A stretch of DNA of 32,000 bases from Acaryochloris marina S15. GTDB taxonomy: Bacteria > Cyanobacteriota > Cyanobacteriia > Thermosynechococcales > Thermosynechococcaceae. Shown here one piece after another: positions 28,924-32,000 of the stretch. The first letter of the stretch is position 1. The number at the start of each line of letters is the position of its first letter. Where the stretch lies: NCBI RefSeq assembly GCF_018336915.1, contig NZ_CP064923.1, positions 1,440,001-1,472,000 of the forward strand, given 5' to 3'. Under the pieces are notes generated by a model. It saw nothing but the letters and a program-made list of their open reading frames with translations, did no database searches and had not been told where the DNA came from. Both the position numbers and the translations under genes were made by a program.

Positions 28924-29400
28924 TTACAACCCCAATTCGGATAAGCCAGGATGACCGGCAGGGCGGGGGTCTAAGGGCCAGTGGAATTTGCGATCGCACT
29001 CCTGAATCGGCAGATCATTAATGCTGGCAATGCGACACTTCATTAGACCTAACTCATTAAATTCCCAATTCTCATTGCCATAGGCACGAAACCAGCTACC
29101 TGCGTCATCATGCCATTCATAGGCAAAACGGACCGCAATCCGATTTTCATGGGTCGCCCAGAGTTCTTTAATCAAGCGATAGTCCAGTTCTTTTGCCCAC
29201 TTTCGTTGCAAAAAGGCCACAATCTCAGCACGACCTGAAATAAATTCAGCGCGGTTTCGCCAGACACTATCAACGCTATAGGCCAGAGATATTTTGTCAG
29301 GATTGCGACCGTTCCAGGCATCTTCGGCAAAGCGAACTTTGGCTGTTGCGGATTCGATATCAAAGGGAGGTAAGGGGGGTTTTGCAATATCTTCAGGCAT
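28924..29400 (-). CDS. DUF1348 (NTF2-like/SnoaL-like fold) protein
   Basis: The 158-aa ORF has blocks recalled from DUF1348: [69 protein letters not shown] and ASINDLPI. Confidence 0.75.
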   Translation of the reverse strand: MPEDIAKPPLPPFDIESATAKVRFAEDAWNGRNPDKISLAYSVDSVWRNRAEFISGRAEIVAFLQRKWAKELDYRLIKELWATHENRIAVRFAYEWHDDAGSWFRAYGNENWEFNELGLMKCRIASINDLPIQECDRKFHWPLDPRPAGHPGLSELGL

Positions 29401-29823
29401 AGGAAAGCTATTCAGAGTAGAGAAAAATGAGCATGGGGTCGGTTTACTTTTAGCTGGATGGCTGATTCGCTAAACCTAGAGCCACTCTCAGTCCCCAAGG
29501 ATAGGTAGTTCTGTTCCCTGAAAGAGTAGTCTATGATTCAAAATACTATTTCCGCTACACCTTTGATCGTTATGAGGTTGCAACTAGATCGAGCAGAGTT
29601 CCCCCAATAACGGCACGATGTTTTACTCCTTAAGTAGTATTGAATTTTCTCAAGTGGCGTCTTTGAATATAGAGGTACTCCGTCTAGAACTATTCGGTCA
29701 GTAAAGTATCTACTCTAAGCATTACAAGTGCCGAGTATTTTAGACATATGACCCAACCCAGGCGAGAATTATCGCTTTTTTGGCAATTGACGATTAACCA
29801 ATTGATAGTTTTGGCTAGCCAGC

Positions 29824-31080
29824 ATGGCTTTCTCTCAAAGTAGAAGAACTTGTTTATCTGTAATCCTGTTATTGAGCTTGGGGTGGTTACCTGGATGTCA
29901 GTCTCCTCAGAAGACTGCGCCTAGTGAGGGAGCCTCTGGTCGCACAGTTACATTTGGTTCAGTCTTGGCTTTAGCTGGACAAGAAGAAGGCCTGGGCAAC
30001 CGGATGAAAATCGGTTTAGAGGCCGCATTGAAGGATCAAAAAGTGCAAGGGAGATCCATTCGTCTGATCTTCAAGAATGACTATTACGAACCAGCCAGCA
30101 CTCAACAAGCAACCCAAGAAATCATTCAAGACAAGATATTTCTGATGATTGGCAATGTGGGCACACCCACAGCCAAAGTGTCTTTACCCATCCTGGCAGC
30201 ACAGAACATTCCGGCGGTCGGCTTTTTCACAGGCTCGGGGATTCTGAGGCCCGGCAAAGGCCCCATCGTCAACTATCGTGCCAGCTATGGGCAAGAAATT
30301 AAAGCAGTGGTTCAACTGGCAATCCGTAATGGCATAACTCCCCAACAAATCTGTGCCTATGTCCAAAATGACAGTTATGGCATGTCTGGTTTAGCAGGGC
30401 TAAAGTCAGCCATCGCAGCCGCCAAGGGTGATCCAGCCATCATTCAATCCTTTGAAAAGATCCTTGCCATGACAGGGGATAACCCCCAACGCAACAATAT
30501 TGGCCCCGTTGGTGTATATGCTCGCAACACGCCGGATGTCGTTCCTGGCTATCAGTCCATCAAAGCCTGGGAAAAAGCAACTGGAGCCCAGTGCCGCCTG
30601 ATCGTCACAGTCGGTTCCTACAGCAACATTGCTCGCTTTGCCAGCCACCTTCAGCAGCAAGGCGAAAAATGGATTATCTCAGCGGTTTCCTTTACAGGCG
30701 GCGATGATTTCATTCTTGATTTAGAAGAGTATGGCATTCGTGACCGAGTGATCATGACCCATGTCGCTCCTTTATTAGATTCAACGCTGCCCATTGTCAC
30801 AGAAGCCAGAACTAAACTGAAGAATGAATTCGGTCATGTCTCCTTAGAAGGGTACATTGTGGGCAAAATGACCCTGCGAATTTTCAATGATATTCCAGGA
30901 GAAATCACTCGTGAAAGCTTTATGCAGCAAGTGGCTCGTTCCCAGTTTGATTTAGGGGGGGTAACGATTGATTTTTTGGAAAACGATAATCAAGGTTCAA
31001 ATCTAGTGATTTTGAGCTACTTAACCCCTCAAGGATTTAGAACCTTAGACCCTTCAATATTCAAAGCCATGCTCCAATAA
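29824..31080 (+). CDS. ABC-transporter substrate-binding lipoprotein, LivK/Peripla_BP_6-like
   Basis: The 418-aa ORF has a signal peptide with the lipobox LGWLPGC. Type-I periplasmic binding protein patterns follow (FGSVLALAGQ..., GNVGTPTA, PAVGFFTGS). No cognate permease or ATPase is present in the window. Confidence 0.75.
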   Translation: MAFSQSRRTCLSVILLLSLGWLPGCQSPQKTAPSEGASGRTVTFGSVLALAGQEEGLGNRMKIGLEAALKDQKVQGRSIRLIFKNDYYEPASTQQATQEIIQDKIFLMIGNVGTPTAKVSLPILAAQNIPAVGFFTGSGILRPGKGPIVNYRASYGQEIKAVVQLAIRNGITPQQICAYVQNDSYGMSGLAGLKSAIAAAKGDPAIIQSFEKILAMTGDNPQRNNIGPVGVYARNTPDVVPGYQSIKAWEKATGAQCRLIVTVGSYSNIARFASHLQQQGEKWIISAVSFTGGDDFILDLEEYGIRDRVIMTHVAPLLDSTLPIVTEARTKLKNEFGHVSLEGYIVGKMTLRIFNDIPGEITRESFMQQVARSQFDLGGVTIDFLENDNQGSNLVILSYLTPQGFRTLDPSIFKAMLQ

Positions 31081-31172
31081 CAGGAGATTGAGTTCATATT
31101 CTATTTGATCGCGATTTTGATGAGTAAAACATCCCTGGAGAGAAATCCCATCCCCAATATCCAAGCGCAAAG

Positions 31173-32000
31173 ATGAACAAAACGCTTCTTGACGAGAACA
31201 ATGATCATCCCTTGGCAGAAAGCTTTCAGAGAGTCAATGTGATCTCCGAGGATTATCTACGTTTAGCGGTAATTAAACAGGAAGCCAGTCAATCTCAGCT
31301 TTCCTTAGCTGCCTATATTCATCAACTTGAACAATATAACCAGGCACAGCAGTCTACCCCCCCTCCAAAACCACCTCTCCTCAAACCGTTCTCGATTCTG
31401 GATGCCAAGGTGAGTGATTTTGTGGCTTGGCTAGAAATGATTTCTATCATTAAGCTGGCAACGGTCCTGGGCGAAGCAGCTATTCTCATTGCCTTTATTT
31501 CTTATCTTTTCTCTATCCCCTATCAACAGCAGAAAAAAATAGACGATGCTCGTAATGTTCTCGTGGATCAAAAGGGGCAACAACATAGTGATGGCAGAAT
31601 AGCGGCCCTCAAAACCCTCGATTCACTCTGTGCTAGCAATGCTGGCCTGCAAGCCCCCAAGGCCCAAATGGTGGGAATTCAACTGAATCATTGCCACAAA
31701 TTGTTTTTCAGTTTCGAAAGTTTTCACCAATGGCCTTTCCAGTTTTCTGAGCATCAAGGCATTGATTTATCCTATGCAAATTTAGATCGAGCCAATCTTG
31801 CCAAAGCCAATTTAGAAAAAGCCAACCTCAAGGGCAGTAATTTAAAGGGAATCAACCTCAGCGAAGCCAATCTGCAAGGGGCCAATCTGCAAGGGGCCAA
31901 TCTAGAAGGCGCGAATCTAGAAGGGGCCAATCTGCAAGGGGCTAACTTTACGGATGCAGTATTGCACGGCAGCTTTCTCAATAATGCCAATTTAACGAAG
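31173..32000 (+). CDS. Membrane-anchored pentapeptide-repeat protein (3' end beyond window)
   Basis: My manual translation from the ATG at 31173 gives 276 codons without a stop up to the window edge. The order is an N-terminal soluble region, a PPPKPP linker, one TM helix ([22 protein letters not shown]), then A(N/D)LxxANLxx pentapeptide repeats from about 31770. The ORF is missing from the track because it has no stop inside the window. Confidence 0.85.
   Translation, partial: MNKTLLDENNDHPLAESFQRVNVISEDYLRLAVIKQEASQSQLSLAAYIHQLEQYNQAQQSTPPPKPPLLKPFSILDAKVSDFVAWLEMISIIKLATVLGEAAILIAFISYLFSIPYQQQKKIDDARNVLVDQKGQQHSDGRIAALKTLDSLCASNAGLQAPKAQMVGIQLNHCHKLFFSFESFHQWPFQFSEHQGIDLSYANLDRANLAKANLEKANLKGSNLKGINLSEANLQGANLQGANLEGANLEGANLQGANFTDAVLHGSFLNNANLTK
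31866..31940 (+). repeat. Five tandem 15-bp units encoding ANL(Q/E)G
   Basis: The units are GCCAATCTGCAAGGG x2, GCCAATCTAGAAGGC, GCGAATCTAGAAGGG and GCCAATCTGCAAGGG. They lie head to tail inside the pentapeptide-repeat CDS, and more degenerate units flank them. Confidence 0.9.

Noticed and set aside
31772-31990. 72-aa - strand ORF rich in LAP(C/S)R repeats
   Set aside because: It is the reverse-complement reading of the pentapeptide-repeat tandem units. The + strand frame is open for 276 codons from a proper ATG and gives canonical A(N/D)LxG repeats.

Overview
This window looks like a cyanobacterial chromosome segment. The HIP1 octamer GCGATCGC recurs about 10 times by eye, and cyanobacteria-typical genes are present: a pds-crtB carotenoid operon, a Ycf20-like DUF565 gene and an Sll0418-type prenylquinol methyltransferase. 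I support about 30 protein-coding genes. No rRNA, tRNA, CRISPR array, transposase or integrase was recognisable.

Gene order, left to right:
- 1-12.7 kb: rpsR-rpmG; a DUF1537 sugar-acid kinase with a PNPOx-like gene; two secreted or lipoprotein genes of unknown function; an in-frame-deleted Zn-alcohol-dehydrogenase remnant; an RmlD-like reductase; a ycf20-like gene; cutA; an orphan cyclic-peptide-type ABC exporter; a tandem-duplicated PTPS/QueD-like gene; crtB-pds; and the prenylquinol methyltransferase.
- 12.7-26.8 kb: a surface-polysaccharide locus. It holds three GT4 glycosyltransferases, a frameshifted secreted DUF4874/DUF4832 gene, a MurJ-type flippase, a Wzy-like membrane protein, a DegT-family aminotransferase and a Wzc/GumC-like co-polymerase. 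Its core (about 13.9-20.7 kb) is clearly AT-richer than the flanks.
- 26.8-32 kb: an ArsR-TrxA-Old Yellow Enzyme divergon; DUF1348; a LivK-like lipoprotein; and a membrane-anchored pentapeptide-repeat protein running off the window end.

Most interesting observations:
- The DegT aminotransferase carries a roughly 180-aa N-terminal extension. It consists of two tandem MshEN/T2SSE_N-like modules (a c-di-GMP-receptor-type motif).
- A 1.73-kb, very AT-rich, ORF-free spacer separates that gene from the divergent wzc-like gene.
- The Wzc-like protein lacks a Tyr-cluster tail and instead has a coiled-coil extension.
- A T9 homopolymer frameshift splits the DUF4874/DUF4832 gene.

All family assignments come from motif recognition by eye. 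No database search or HMM was run.
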